Part shown: one piece after another, positions 25,880 to 39,399 of the stretch
How positions within the stretch are numbered: the first letter of the stretch is position 1
How the letters are laid out: every line of letters begins with the position of its first letter
Origin: Octopus vulgaris
Lineage: Eukaryota
Assembly (NCBI GenBank): GCA_951406725.2
Contig: OX597833.1
Span: 14,756,001 to 14,820,000, forward strand
Reading direction: 5' to 3'
DNA length: 64,000 bases
The notes under the pieces: generated by a model
Seen by the model: the letters and a program-made list of their open reading frames with translations, nothing else
Databases searched by the model: none
What the model was told of the DNA's origin: nothing
Translations under genes and position numbers: made by a program

Positions 25880-26570
25880 AGACAAGATCATTAAGGGTTG
25901 GTTTTCCTAGAGTGTAGTGTCGGGCCTTTTCTGTTTATTATGTGTATAAACATTATTAGAAATGTCATCAAACTGCATAAAATAAATTTACAGGTGACTC
26001 TAATCTCCGGATTATGTGACTGAACAGAACTCCGATTTGGTTGGATGTGCAAAAGGAAAACGTGCTGCTAAATGAGGAAAAACTTGAGTTCAACCGTTTT
26101 TTAAAAGAGAGTATTACCTAAACACCCATATTCTGTTTTCTCAGAATTTCTCGACTCACCGAATTATAGCTAGAGACTTGGATGAACATCAACTTATAAT
26201 AGAACAAGTTGATATGGCCGCAGAATGGGGTCAAGGATAATTCAAACTGAGGAGTTTGCATTATCTCTGAATACATTCTGCTAAAATCCTTCTCTTGTTT
26301 TGCCAGATTCCATCTTGGATATTGCTTCCCAGTGTGGTCTTCAGACACAATATAAAAATTGCGGCATCCCAGAGATAAATCCCAATAAATGGATTGCAGG
26401 CCTTTATTATTAGGATCGCCTCAAAAGACCCAAAATGTACCTCTCCAACGCTGAAATGAGCACAATATCATTCGTAAACCGTCGACATTATTCCGTCAAC
26501 ACAGTCTTGAACTTACCTATAACAAGTTCAGAAGTACCTCAAGGTAACGTCTATGCCATTTCTTTAAACA
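25880..26570 (+). pseudogene. Highly decayed CR1/L2-like LINE RT fragments
   Basis: VGPFLFIMCIN (LGPLLFxxYIN), FARFHLGYCFPVWSS (VRPHLEYCxPVWSP), SEVPQGNV (SGVPQGSV). Confidence 0.6.
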
Positions 26571-27654
26571 CAGAGCTGAGATTATATATATCAGCATTCC
26601 AAAACTTTAAACAGGGAGCTGAGATTATATACCAGCATTTCAAACTTTTTTGGCCACAACTGGTCTTGCTTCAGTAAACACTACACTGAAAATAAAAAAA
26701 ATGAAGTTAGCACTCGTAATATTAAATAGGAAATTAGAAAAGTTCCTCCGGATAAATTTCGGCAAACAACTCGACGTACTGCTGCAGTTTTCAATATTTG
26801 TTATCGAATATAGATAATTTGCTTTGAATGCTTGAAATTTGATAAGGAAAATAGTCCACAGATTCTATAAAGAATGAGAGTGTTGTTCAGTGGGGAAGCT
26901 GATTCTGGTTATTTACACTCACGAGGATTGAGTGCAAAACGCTAGTTTATGTTGCAGAAATTGAAAAGCAATTGAGGAGTTAGATCTATTGAAATGAATT
27001 TGGAAACTGCATTTCGGTAATAGTAAGCAGGATGGATAATTGAGTTTGACATGTTGAAAACAAGTAAGACAGGGAGGGAGACAAAAAGAGATAAAGGGAT
27101 AGAGAAACAGTGAGAGAGAGAGAGAGAGAGGAAGCGAGAGAGGTGAGAGGATTTGAGGGATAGGGAGACAGATAGAGAAATAGAGAGTGTTTGCGTGTGA
27201 AAGAGTGACGGAGAGATAGAGCCGAAAGATAAGGCTGATTATAATAGCATATGAGTTTCCCTTTTTTCTCTTTTTTAAAATTCGATTCAATTCTTCGTAT
27301 GTGCTCTACGAAATTACATACTCGAAATAAACCATAAAGTCTTCATCGATTTTCGTGAAAGTATCTATAACCATAATGTAACATTTAAAAAATATTTTAC
27401 TTTCAATGAAACTAAAATATAACTGAAACGAATACAGAGCTTATCCAAATGCTTATTTCAAAAGTATTTACCACATTTTACGAGGCATTGCTTTGAATAC
27501 ATACTGGTTATACAAACACGTGATACTGCTCTGATTATTTTCTATTCTCCACCTCAATAGGAACGCTGGATGAAAGGAATAATCGAAGTGAAGTTTGAGG
27601 GGAAGATTAAATTCTGGCGTCAAATTCGTAGTGAAAAATTTGTTACAAGAGGGT

Positions 27655-28074
27655 AATATTGGTTTCAGATATTGACACAAAGCCAGCAATATCTGGGGAG
27701 AGAGTGAGTTATTCACGTCGACTGATACTTATAGTATCGGCCCCCGAAAGGATGAAAGACGAAGCTGACATCAGTGAAATTAGAACTCAGAACGTAAAGA
27801 CGAGCGAAATACCGCTAAGCATTTTGACAGGCATTTTGATACTTATTTCTTTACTACCCACAAGGGGCTAAACACAGAGAGGGTAAACAAGGACAGACAA
27901 ATGGATTAAGTCGATTATATCGACCCCAGTGCGTAACTGGTACTTATTTAATCAACCCAGAAAGGATGAAAGGCAAAGTCGACCTCGGCGGAATTTGAAC
28001 TCAGAACGTAACGGCAGACGAAATACCGCTACGCATTTCGCCCGGCGTGCTAACGATTCTGGCAGCTCACCGCC
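27655..28074 (-). mobile_element. Young SINE C (27842-28074) joined to an older SINE C-like copy
   Basis: Two units of the family C domain; junction near 27840. Confidence 0.85.
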
Positions 28075-28151
28075 TAACAAGAGGTAAATATTGACGGTAA
28101 AATATCTTCAATGGTTGAAGGTCAGTTATGTTTATAGCAGAAAAGATATAG

Positions 28152-28545
28152 TGGAGGCGCAATGGCCCAGTGGTTAGGGCAGCGGACTCGCGGTCATAAG
28201 ATCGCGGTTTCGATTCCCAGACTGGGCGTTGTGAGTGTTTATTGAGCGAAAACACCTTAAAGCTCCACGAGGCTCCGGCAGGGGATGGTGGTGATCCCTG
28301 CTGTACTCTTTCACCACAACTTTCTCTCTCTCTCTTACTTCATGTTTCTGTTGTACCTGTATTTCAAAGGTCCGGCCTTGTCACTCTCTGTGTCACGCTG
28401 AATATGCCCGAGAACTACGTTAAGGGTGCACGTGTCTGTGGAGTGCTCAGCCTCTTACACGTTAATTTTACGAGCAGGCTGTTCCGTTGATTCGGATCAA
28501 CCGGAACCCTCATCGTCGTAACCGACGGAGTGCTTCCATCCAGAA
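28152..28545 (+). mobile_element. tRNA-derived SINE family D (octopus OR-like), tail type 1
   Basis: Head ggaggcgcaatggcccagtggttagggcagcggactcgcgg..ggtttcgattccc; tail cgtcgtaaccgacggagtgcttc. Confidence 0.9.
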
Positions 28546-29734
28546 GAGATATAAATATATGACAGATAAAGCAACTGACAAAGCATTTAAAATAAGATCT
28601 AACAGTGTTTCAGAATATCGAAAATTTACTAAGAGTAAAAAAAAAAAAAAGAACTGAAGTATCATGCCATCTTAGAGTATAATACTTGCATGAAATCGAT
28701 TTTTTAAACTATCGATTATAGGTATTAATTGTTCATTTAAAAGCAGAATTACGTTCTCGTTATCTTTAGGCACCCCAGGGAGAAAACGAAATTGGGAAGA
28801 GATATTTAAAATGTTAAAATAATGGAACTGAATACCGCTATTTATAACTTACTCCTATGGAAACACTAAAGACATTATCGAAATTTTTAAGGACGCTTTC
28901 TAATAGTATTTTATTGAATTTATGAAAATTTTGAGTCGAAATGATTCGGGAAATATTGGTATTTTGTGTTAGAATTTTTATATTTTCTGTAAAAAACTTT
29001 TTGCTTGTATTTTGGTGTTTCTGTTTATTTCTTCCGTTCCACATTTGTGATAGCGGGGAAATTGGTGATTTAGTTCGGAAATAGACTGGCGGAAACGGCA
29101 AAACAAACCGTAGTGGTAGATTGTGGATAGGTGACTAAATTAAAATGGATATCATTTTGAAACGTCTAGCGAGAGAAAAAATCAATTTGAGGGAGAAATA
29201 ATACGTAAATTACAGGCGATTAGGAAAGCCATCGTGACAAGCGTGTTATTGATGATAAAGGTTTTGAACAATTTGATGAACGACAACCACGACGATTGTA
29301 ATTTCAGAGCTAAGCTACGTGCTCTAAGAAGTGAAGGCCGGTTAGGTCTGAGTCCCGGAGGCAAGAGGCGGTAATGAAGCTTTTGTTTGTGTGTCAATCG
29401 GTTTAGATGTACGCGTGCAACGCGATTCAACGCAAAGCTACATTCGAATCAGTTGTGGATTATAATGCCTATATAGAGAAACCGTCGCAGCTTTCGGTAG
29501 GATATGTTTAATGCACCAAAACTATCATTAATGGCAGCTGAGATACAAAGGGTCATAAATTATATGGATGAGCTTCTCAACAAGCTTTACAAATATATGG
29601 CACACATTGTCAGTGGCACCACGGTTGACGACTTGCAGTTTTACTGTACATGTTAGGAGAGAATATACCAGCGGCAGAGAGCCAGGGCTTCAGTATGTCC
29701 TGGCAACCTGATCATTTCAAATGGCCCTTCAATT

Positions 29735-29945
29735 ATGTACGAAAATTTCCTGGCTTTAAGTAAAAGGAAATGCATGACGGTCAGTTAATTATGATTTTAT
29801 TCAACATAGTCCCCTCTCAGATTCGCACGCCTATTATTACATTCCTTCAGAGTTTGTAAGCCCTGTTAAATACCTCAGATTGTTGGGCGTCTAAACAAGT
29901 TTTTCGTGATACTCTTAAATCCAAGAAATTTTCAGCAACAATTTC
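29735..29945 (-). mobile_element. Decayed mariner-derived MITE
   Basis: Imperfect TIRs gaaaatttcctggcttta / taaatccaagaaattttc; minus strand ends LRGDYVE*, a mariner C-terminus. Confidence 0.6.
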
Positions 29946-30011
<66 letters not shown>

Positions 30012-30563
30012 TCTGTGTGTTTGTGTGTCATTGAAATAATGTAGTCAAGAAAGTGTGCGTTCAGACCGTTATTTTTTAATCGTTACATTTATTTAGAAGC
30101 AACGTAGTTCTCCAAAAATTCACGTACTTGATTATGCAACTGTTTCTCTGCATAATGATATCTATTTGTGTTTCCTCAGGTGATATGTACATGTTCCCGT
30201 TAGTTTAAATTTGTCGACTTCAATGCCATCCACTCAGTCCATCGTAGTGTGGATTAAGTGGAAGACACTGATTTTATTATGGTGTGTGCAAGGGGAGTAC
30301 ATTTGGTGGACTGCATTGAATGTTTGTAAGTAGTAAGTCTCGACTGGCGTTTGGAAGGAATTGGCATCTCATTTGGTTGCATTGCTGATTTCTGACCAAA
30401 TGTTCTCCATGTTGACTCCAATATCTTCAATTTTATATGCACACACGACGAATGCCGAAACGCAAACATGGAAATATGTATAATACTATTATCGGATAGA
30501 TCTGGGTAAGTCAGAGGGAGGACGACCTTTATACTGTACTTTAGTATGTCATTGAGGGAAAAT

Positions 30564-30602
<39 letters not shown>

Positions 30603-30816
30603 GATGCATGATAAAACTTTTTCGGGAAAAATTTTTTTATCAATGGCCAGCATAACAAAAAATACCTTTAAAGTTTAAATTTATAAATAATTTACAAGAT
30701 AAGTGTAAAAGAAAAATTCTAATGCCATATATGCCGAAAAAAAGACAAAAATTGTCAATAACCATTATAATGTATGCGTCTCAAAACAAACCGATAGAAA
30801 TTTCTAAAAAATTCGT

Positions 30817-30882
30817 TATTACCGTATTGGTCCAATTTCGGGGTTAATTCATAAGAAATTTTCCCCTCTTCAGCGGCAAATA
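30817..30882 (-). ncRNA. Minimal type I hammerhead ribozyme
   Basis: Minus strand: tatttgccg-CTGAAGA-gggg-(19 nt)-cccc-GAAA-ttgg-a-ccaa-TA-cggtaata; full core and three helices. Confidence 0.85.
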
Positions 30883-31178
30883 CGCGAGATAAAAGTGAAA
30901 TTATTAATAAATTTAACCTTTAAAAGTATATTTTGATATGCTGGCCATTGATAAAATTTTTTTTCCCGAAAAAATTTTATCCTACATTTGTTATAAATTG
31001 AATAGTGTTCACTTCCGGATTCTCTCACTCTGTGCAAGTTTCTAGTTCGAATCACATGTGTCTCGAGATGTGCCGAAGATTTTTCTATTTTGGATATATT
31101 TGGGGTACTTAGGTCGGCTCAGGACTTGGTGCTTGCTTTTTCCATGGGTATGAGTAAGTATTTCACTTATATCTCGCG

Positions 31179-31244
31179 TATTTGCCGCTGACGAGGGGAA
31201 AATTTCTTATGAATTAACCCCGAAATTGGACCAATACGGTAATA
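31179..31244 (+). ncRNA. Minimal type I hammerhead ribozyme
   Basis: tatttgccg-CTGACGA-gggg-(19 nt)-cccc-GAAA-ttgg-a-ccaa-TA-cggtaata. Confidence 0.85.
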
Positions 31245-31365
31245 TCGATTTTTTTTAGAAACTTCTATCAGTTTGTGTCAAGACGCATAAATTATAATGG
31301 TTATTGACAATTTTTGTCTTTTTTTCGGTATAATTGGCATTAGAATTTCTCTTTTGCCCTTATCT

Positions 31366-31454
<89 letters not shown>

Positions 31455-31464
31455 TTATATATAC

Positions 31465-31614
31465 CAGTCGCAATGATAGATCATTAGCCACTACACACAT
31501 TTTTTCTCTCCTTGTTTCTCTCCTTGCTTTTTCTGTGTCCCTTTCTGTAGAAGAGCGTATGCTCGAAACGTAAAAAGACTTTTTCTATTCCTGAGCGATA
31601 TACTAATATATCTG

Positions 31615-31615
<1 letters not shown>
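31465..31615 (+). mobile_element. Family P1 element with variant hammerhead
   Basis: 31541-31578: cttt-CTGTAGAA-gagc-gtat-gctc-GAAA-cg-TA-aaaag. Confidence 0.65.
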
Positions 31616-31692
<77 letters not shown>

Positions 31693-31860
31693 GTTAAAAG
31701 GGCTGAATGCGAATTCTTGCTTTAATTGGAATATTTTCCTAAAGATTTCTAACGTTGATTCTTCATACTTTACTTTTAATTTTAATTTAGAGTAGATGTG
31801 AAATGTTATATAAGTATATGATTTAACTTATAAAACAAATGTTCTAGAAATTCAATCATA

Positions 31861-32420
31861 TTTTTCGTAAATGGAAGAGATTAGATTTTAATATAGATTG
31901 AAATTATTTTAATTCATGTAGCTATACGATCGTTTCGTACAGAAAGACAATAATTTCATATTTATAATTGTATTTACACATTTTTTTAAAACTAATATCT
32001 AAGCCGTATGGATTATTGACGGTTAAATATAAATTTTAGTACCCAGTATTTAAAATTTCGTACTCCTTTCTTTGGTTAGTTTTTTTCTGTTAAATACAAA
32101 CACCACCAGGTTTTTTACTTCATATATAGGAGTTTAAATTTTTACTCCTTTAAACTAATCTATAGAGAGAATGTAACCCTTATTTACTTTTTATATATAT
32201 CAACACCTTACTGAGACCCTTTAGCCTTGTTTTATTTAGACATGACTCTAAGAACAATTACACAATACAAACACCATACTAATGTCGTTTTAGCTTTTTT
32301 TTCTTTCCTGAATTTTTGCTGCTGAATTTATTGCCGTTCTGTACGAAACGATCGTATACCTAGGTGAATAAAAATGATTTCAACCCATATTAACATCTAA
32401 TCTCCTCCATTTTCGAAAAA
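31861..32420. repeat. Diverged ~100-bp inverted repeat pair (31861-31958 / 32323-32420)
   Basis: tatacgatcgtttcgtacagaa mirrored by ttctgtacgaaacgatcgtata; gagattagat / atctaatctc. Confidence 0.75.
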
Positions 32421-32495
32421 CGATTGTATTCGCTGAACTTTGTCTTATATGTTAAATAATACACTTAAAATAATATAATATGATATAATATATAC

Positions 32496-32526
<31 letters not shown>

Positions 32527-32568
32527 TGTATGTATGTATGTATGTATGTATGTATGTATGTATGTATG

Positions 32569-32617
<49 letters not shown>

Positions 32618-34649
32618 GCATGTATGTGTGAATATGTATATATGTATGCATTATTGCTTAATGACAGACGGATGAGAAAGTAGAGGCCAGTACATGATTT
32701 AGAGGTTATAGTCTACTTGTATAATATAACTGAAGCTGAAGTCTTGTCACACAGTACGTGTTTTAATAAAAACAATCTAAATATTTATATATAAATGTCC
32801 GCTTGCACTTATACTATATATATATATTTATATATATATAGGTACACAGTCATACATGAATATATTTACTTATATTGCATAATCTTTCCGAAGTTATATA
32901 ACATATCTCCATGTATTCATATATAGTTTTAAATGTGGTTGCTACATCACTCATTTTATGTAAACATGAATGTACAAAACCACATATCTTAGTAACTCTC
33001 TCATATATAATACGTTGTTTCATGTTTATGTATCAACAAGATTTGTTCGGAAAATAAAATAAAAGATTATTGATATGCTTAGCATTGTAAGATGTGAACG
33101 ATCTCTCGAGACAGTCGTTCTTACATTTTGTATAGCCATGTTGTCACCATTTTCCAATATGCATTTCTTAAAACGGAGAACAATGAATTAATATGTGGTT
33201 TCATAATAATGCGGTCGATATATTATCAAAGTCATAGTGAGGAAAATAGGTCTTAAAAAGTTTATACAAACTGTGTGATGTTTGTGAATTGAGGAAATTA
33301 ATATCAATTCATGGATTAGCGTTTTGGACAGGATTCCTATTTAGTTTCTGAATAGCATATGTTGAAATAAGATTGAAGGCTAGTGTTACGAAACATGGTT
33401 GAAAAAATTCTGATGGTTTGAAGACAATTTAAGAATTTATCTCGCCACTTGGAAGAGCTAATGATCGTATTGTCAGTTCTATAATGTATGTATATAGAAA
33501 TGCATTTATCTATCTACCTAGTTAAACTCAGACATACTCATTTATACACAAATACTCACAGCAAGTATACACCACCATTCGTAAGAATAGATTAATACAC
33601 GCATACAGACACACATATATACATATATACACAAAATACTCACATGATTTGTACATATATTCTTTTAGTCATGAAAGACTTGGAGATGATGCATTATTCA
33701 TCGCTGAATTTATCTGAACTTCGGCATGAAAATCGGTGGAACGTTTGTCTCAACGGTGTTCAGATTTGTGCTTACATTTTAGAATCCTTTTTATTACATG
33801 CATAATTTATAAGATTTTGTTTACGCATGTGAAAGACATTTTATTAGCAACATATTTTTGCTTGGATAAAAGAAAGGAAAAATCCGTTGCAAAAATAAAC
33901 GATCAAATTATTTAGAAACAAAACACCATAACTCATGCCCCGGGGCGACAAAGAAAAAGAGGTGTGTGTGCGTTGTATTATGCAGCAGAAGAATGCGCGT
34001 TTGAGTGTAACGTGTCGTATGCCCCTGAACAAATGGCGTTTTTAGCCGCGCCTGGCAGACATGATTCAAAATACGTTACTGCGGAGAATGGCCAGCGTTA
34101 AGAGAACAGTCAGCTTTTACCGATTTACCGCAGACTCAATCGATCCGTCTAGATGATAATGAAAGAAAGCGATTTTACAGAAAGTAATTTTAACTGTATA
34201 TTTCAATGTCTAGAAACCAAATGCAATTTCTAACACAAAGTTTTGATGCTGGAATCATACATAAACCCCAGGCATTTCACAAGGAACATCACGATTTGAT
34301 AGGTGATTGGTCAGAATACAGTTTGCAAAACCTAGCAATCTGGAGCCTACACAGCTGTATTTAAGGCACAGATTCAATCATCTCGCTACAGTCAAAAATT
34401 GTGAAGCATGACTGTCACCACTACTACATGAACCTGAAGGTTGCAGAATTTAATGCATGAAAGTACTAGTTCAATCAGAAAGAATATTTAACATTCTATT
34501 ATTTTATTTTATTTTATTATATTATATTATCTTATATCATTATAAGATTGTAAATAAAACGTGAAAATCAGACAAGGTTGGAATTCCTTTTATTAATATA
34601 TTCTTCTATACACAATCACACACACCCGTATATATATCTATATATATAT

Positions 34650-34686
<37 letters not shown>

Positions 34687-34689
34687 TGT

Positions 34690-34905
34690 GTATAATTTTG
34701 TGTGTCTGTGTTTGTCCTCCCAACATCGTTTGACAACCAATGCAGGTGTGTTTACGTCCCCGTAACTTAGCTGTTCGGCAAATAAAACCGATAGAATAAG
34801 TAGTAGGCTTACAATGAATAATTCCTAGGGTCCATTTGCTCGACTATAGGCAGTACTCCAGCATTGCCACAGTCAAATGACTGAAACGAGTAAAAGAGTA
34901 AAAGT
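34690..34905 (+). mobile_element. SINE family A, 3' half
   Basis: tgacaaccaatgcaggtgtgtttacgtccccgtaacttag..cagtcaaatgactgaaac. Confidence 0.85.
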
Positions 34906-34931
34906 GTATATATATATATACGCGTGTGGGC

Positions 34932-34973
<42 letters not shown>

Positions 34974-35121
34974 ACACATGAGTGAGTGGGCAAAGGAAAG
35001 AAGGTCACTCAACAGATGTATTGGCTGTTACATGTATGGATCAAAACAGTTTGATTATAATTCGTTGCAACTCTTGAGTTGACGAACATTGCTACGCTTG
35101 AAACGCATGAGTACCAACGAA

Positions 35122-35189
<68 letters not shown>

Positions 35190-35200
35190 ATATGTATATA

Positions 35201-35233
<33 letters not shown>

Positions 35234-35249
35234 ATATGTATACATAAAG

Positions 35250-35582
35250 TGTAAAGACCCCCTTCGGTCATGAATGACCATGGCATTGCACCTAGAAAGT
35301 TACCCTCCTAGACACAAGTCCGGGCAAAGTTGTTTTTTTTCATGGAAGACCAGCAGTCGCCGATGCATACCAGCCTCCCCTCTCCACGCCACCAGTGTTA
35401 TCCAAGGGAAAGACAAAGGTCGATACAGCTTGGCACCAGTGACGTCGCAACTCATTTCTACATCTGAGTGAACTGGAGCAACGTGAAGTAAAGTGCCTTG
35501 CTCAAGAACACAACACGCAGCCCGGTCCGGAAGTCGAGCTCACAACCTCACGATCGTAAGCTCGACGCTCTAACCACTGAGC
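35250..35582 (-). mobile_element. SINE family B
   Basis: Reverse complement of 3240-3560. Confidence 0.85.
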
Positions 35583-35586
35583 GATG

Positions 35587-35629
<43 letters not shown>

Positions 35630-35739
35630 TATATATATATATGTATATATGTACATATATATATGTATATATGTACATATATATATATATATGTATTTAT
35701 GTATATATGTATATATGTATATATATATATATATATATA

Positions 35740-35905
35740 AGAGGAAAAGATAAGAGGAAAAATTCTATAAGAAAGGAATTCTAATCTCTCTTTTATATTT
35801 TGATAAGCATAACAAATGCGCAACCGGTAAAAAGAACTTCCACCTAATTAAATTACTTAAATTACTTCAATTATTTGTCAGCATTTTCTTCATTTCCTTT
35901 TTTTT
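35740..35905 (+). mobile_element. (TA)n-embedded short element (family P3) with hammerhead-like motif
   Basis: TTGATAA-gcat-aacaa-atgc-GCAA-ccgg-TA-aaaag at 35797-35834; inverted copy at 38249-38410. Confidence 0.6.
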
Positions 35906-35935
35906 ATATATCACCACTCGTGTTCGACATCTCCT

Positions 35936-35985
<50 letters not shown>

Positions 35986-36020
35986 ACACATATATATATA
36001 TGTATATATGTATATATGTA

Positions 36021-36161
<141 letters not shown>

Positions 36162-36436
36162 GCATAGATAGAAAGATAGATTCAAATGTAGAAATTTTGT
36201 AAGCTTCAAGCAGTCCATTGACAGTATAGAAAATGAAAAGTAGACCTTCAAAGATCAGGAATGATAACAATTTATTTTGAGTCGATCGTTACATAACTTT
36301 CCCCATACAGTAGTTATGAAGTTGACCACCATCGTTGAGTAAATATTACCTTAGAGAACCACCTAGCTAAGAAACCGATATTACCTCAGATTTGACCCGT
36401 TCCACATCTACAATTTGGATATATATATACACACCT

Positions 36437-36742
36437 GTGGAGGTGCAATGGCCTAGTGGTTAGGGCAGCGGACTCGCGGTCGCAGGACCGCGGTTTCGAT
36501 TTCCAGACCGGGCGTTGTGTGTGTTTATTGAGCGAAAACACCTAAACGCTCCACGAGCCTCCGGCAGGGGGTCGTGATCCCTGCTGTACTCTTTCACCAC
36601 TCTTTCTCCCACTCTTTCTTCTGTTGGCCTGCTCGCTTAACCAGCGGGGTGGCGTCATTCGAAGGCTAAAACGATGCGAACGCATTGTGACCAGTGATGT
36701 GTAACAACATCTGATGGTCTGGTCGGTCACGTGATCACGTGA
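36437..36742 (+). mobile_element. SINE family D head with tail type 2
   Basis: Same head and body as 28152 up to ctctttcaccac, then a different tail ending ggtcacgtgatcacgtga. Confidence 0.85.
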
Positions 36743-37092
36743 TATACACACCTATACACACACACACACACACACACACGCACATTTTGATTGATTCATA
36801 ACTAAGGTAATTCGGACTAATAACCCGGGCCAGATTTGCCTTTGATCGATCGCTTAAGACGTCTGTAGGTCTGTACACAATGACAGATAACAAAGACAAC
36901 GATATTGCTAATAATGTTTTCTCGTTATTAGATGCGTCTTTGTTGTCCGCCGAGTAATTTCGTCGATGTCAAATAACGACTTTCTTTGACGTCAATAAAA
37001 TGTTGAACTGTTCATTATGGCACACAAATGTTTATTTCGATGTTATGTGATTTGTTGCAGCATAGAAGTCAGAAATGTAACACACACACTCG

Positions 37093-37142
<50 letters not shown>

Positions 37143-37196
37143 TTCTCTCTCTCTCTCACACACACACATACTAACCACACGAACATAGATGCACAA

Positions 37197-37252
<56 letters not shown>

Positions 37253-37267
37253 CACACACACACAAAC

Positions 37268-37301
<34 letters not shown>

Positions 37302-37539
37302 ATATATATATATATATATGTATATAATATATATAATATACATATTATATATATAATATGTATATATATATATATTATATTATATATATATAATATAATA
37401 TATATATATATATATGTATGTGTATGTATGTATATGTGTATATATGGATGTATGTATATGCGTAAGTACATATGTGCGTGTGTTTTTGTGTTTCCATGTA
37501 TGCGTAAATTCCATGTGTGTATATGTATACTTGTCTATG

Positions 37540-38195
37540 AAGGCTGCGATGGGTAAATTGTCGTAATTTTGTGTTTATATTTTGTTGTTGGTTTTGATAA
37601 ATATCAAACATCCAGTCAAAATTATGGTGTTAGGAATGATCACTAGTGATACCACCGTTATGACTCCATTCATCTTCCCACACGGCCCCAGAATCAACAC
37701 GGAGGCCTACATCAAGTGCTTGGAGGAGGTAGTGCTGTCCAGGGTCACGAGGGCGGTTGCTGGAAGACTCCATGTCTGGCATCAGGGTTCTGCATTATGT
37801 CACACAAGCATGAGACCCGAGTCATGGCTGTAAGACAATCTCTGCGACTGCATCACCCCTAAGATCTGGTCACCTAACTCTCCAGACTGCAATCCCTTCG
37901 AATATTATGTGTAGGGCGTAGTTGCGTGAGGGACCAACAAAACTCCTTCTAACACCAAATATGAACTGAAGGCAAGGATTATAGCAGCATTTACCAACTT
38001 AAAGAAGACGACCGTCCAGAAAGGTTGCAGAAGGTCCCGAAGCCGTAACTGAAGCAAAATGGCGATTTTATTGAATAAATTTACTCTTTAGTTTTTCAAG
38101 ATATTTTAATGTAATTTTGGTTTATATATCTGTTAAAATGAGATGTCAATTTTAGTTTCATTTTTGCGTAATTTAGACGACAATTTATTCACCGC

Positions 38196-38200
<5 letters not shown>
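37540..38200 (+). mobile_element. Deleted Tc1/mariner-superfamily element (maT/DD37D-like)
   Basis: KHPVKIMVLGMITSD..VWHQGSALCHTS..WSPNSPDCNPFEYYV; imperfect TIRs agg(c/g)tgcg(a/g)tg..taaattgtcgt at both ends. Confidence 0.8.
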
Positions 38201-38248
<48 letters not shown>

Positions 38249-38252
<4 letters not shown>

Positions 38253-38407
38253 GAAATGAAGAAAATGCTGACAAAATAATTTAAGTAATTTAAGTAATTT
38301 AATTAGGTGAAAGTTCTTTTTACCGGTTGCGCATTTGTTATGCTTATCAAAAGATGTTTTTTTAAGAGAGATAGAGTTACTTTCTGATAGATTTTTTCCT
38401 CTTACCT

Positions 38408-38410
<3 letters not shown>
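38249..38410 (-). mobile_element. Family P3 element, second copy, between (TA)n tracts
   Basis: Reverse complement of 35740-35900. Confidence 0.7.
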
Positions 38411-38466
<56 letters not shown>

Positions 38467-38469
<3 letters not shown>

Positions 38470-38950
38470 AAAGTAACAAAACATACAAACTGGGACAAGA
38501 ACGTGAAACATTCAGAAGACGACACAAAAAACACGGACGGGACACCCGAAGCCCTCAATCATCAGTCAAGAACCGGATCATCTTCGCAATTTCGGCTGAT
38601 TAATCTTGAGATTGCTCCGATCTGGGCAGCCCCCATGGGAAATCTAAGCCAAGCGCATTAGATTCCTTGGAAGAAAGCCTTGAATGTATACAACACAGGG
38701 ACGGAAAACGGACGATGTTACACGAACAAAAATACAAAAATACGTAAAAACAATAATGATAATAATAACAAAAAAACCAGGACGTCAGGACAAGCGTCTT
38801 TTCGACAGGACGAGTTAAGTTTTGAGCTGGATATTTGTCGCGGGGGTAAGGGTCGTCAATCACTTCCTAGTTTCGGCGGGGGAGGTTGAAATTTGATATT
38901 GTTGTGATGAGTGGTCAGTCTACACCTATCCACCACTACAGGTTTATAGC
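38467..38950 (-). mobile_element. Probable Penelope-like terminal fragment next to (TA)n
   Basis: (TA)n-anchored, A-rich strand bias like families P1/P2, ctgatga on the minus strand; no complete ribozyme or ORF. Confidence 0.35.
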
Positions 38951-39225
38951 TTTAAGCTTATAGTGTGTGTGTGCGTGCGTATACACACATACATACATAC
39001 ATACACACTTGCATACGTACATACATACATACATACATGCACACATGTATACATGCGTATATATATACATACACACATACATACGTACCAATATATGACG
39101 AACTAACTCTTACTTTCTCAGATGCAGCACGGATTTTTTTCAGTGAACAGGTCGCGGTCTTAAAGCGACGAAAATATTTTGACAAATTAAACTTAAATGT
39201 TGAAGTGAATCGAACGGCTTTTGTG

Positions 39226-39305
<80 letters not shown>

Positions 39306-39399
39306 CATTTTATATATATACTTAAAAATATATATACACTTATATATATATACTTATATATATATATATATATATATACATTTTTTCTACTTTTATCGT

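Larger units (their letters stand above)
30600..31368. mobile_element. Penelope-like inverted pseudo-LTR structure (family P2) between two (TA)n tracts
   Basis: 30610-30692 inverted at 30899-30981; 30700-30900 inverted at 31160-31365; one hammerhead in each large arm. Confidence 0.75.

Noticed and set aside
34195-34612. Possible solo LTR or promoter (gattgg, tatttaa, aataaa)
   Set aside because: No second copy, TSD or convincing termini visible.
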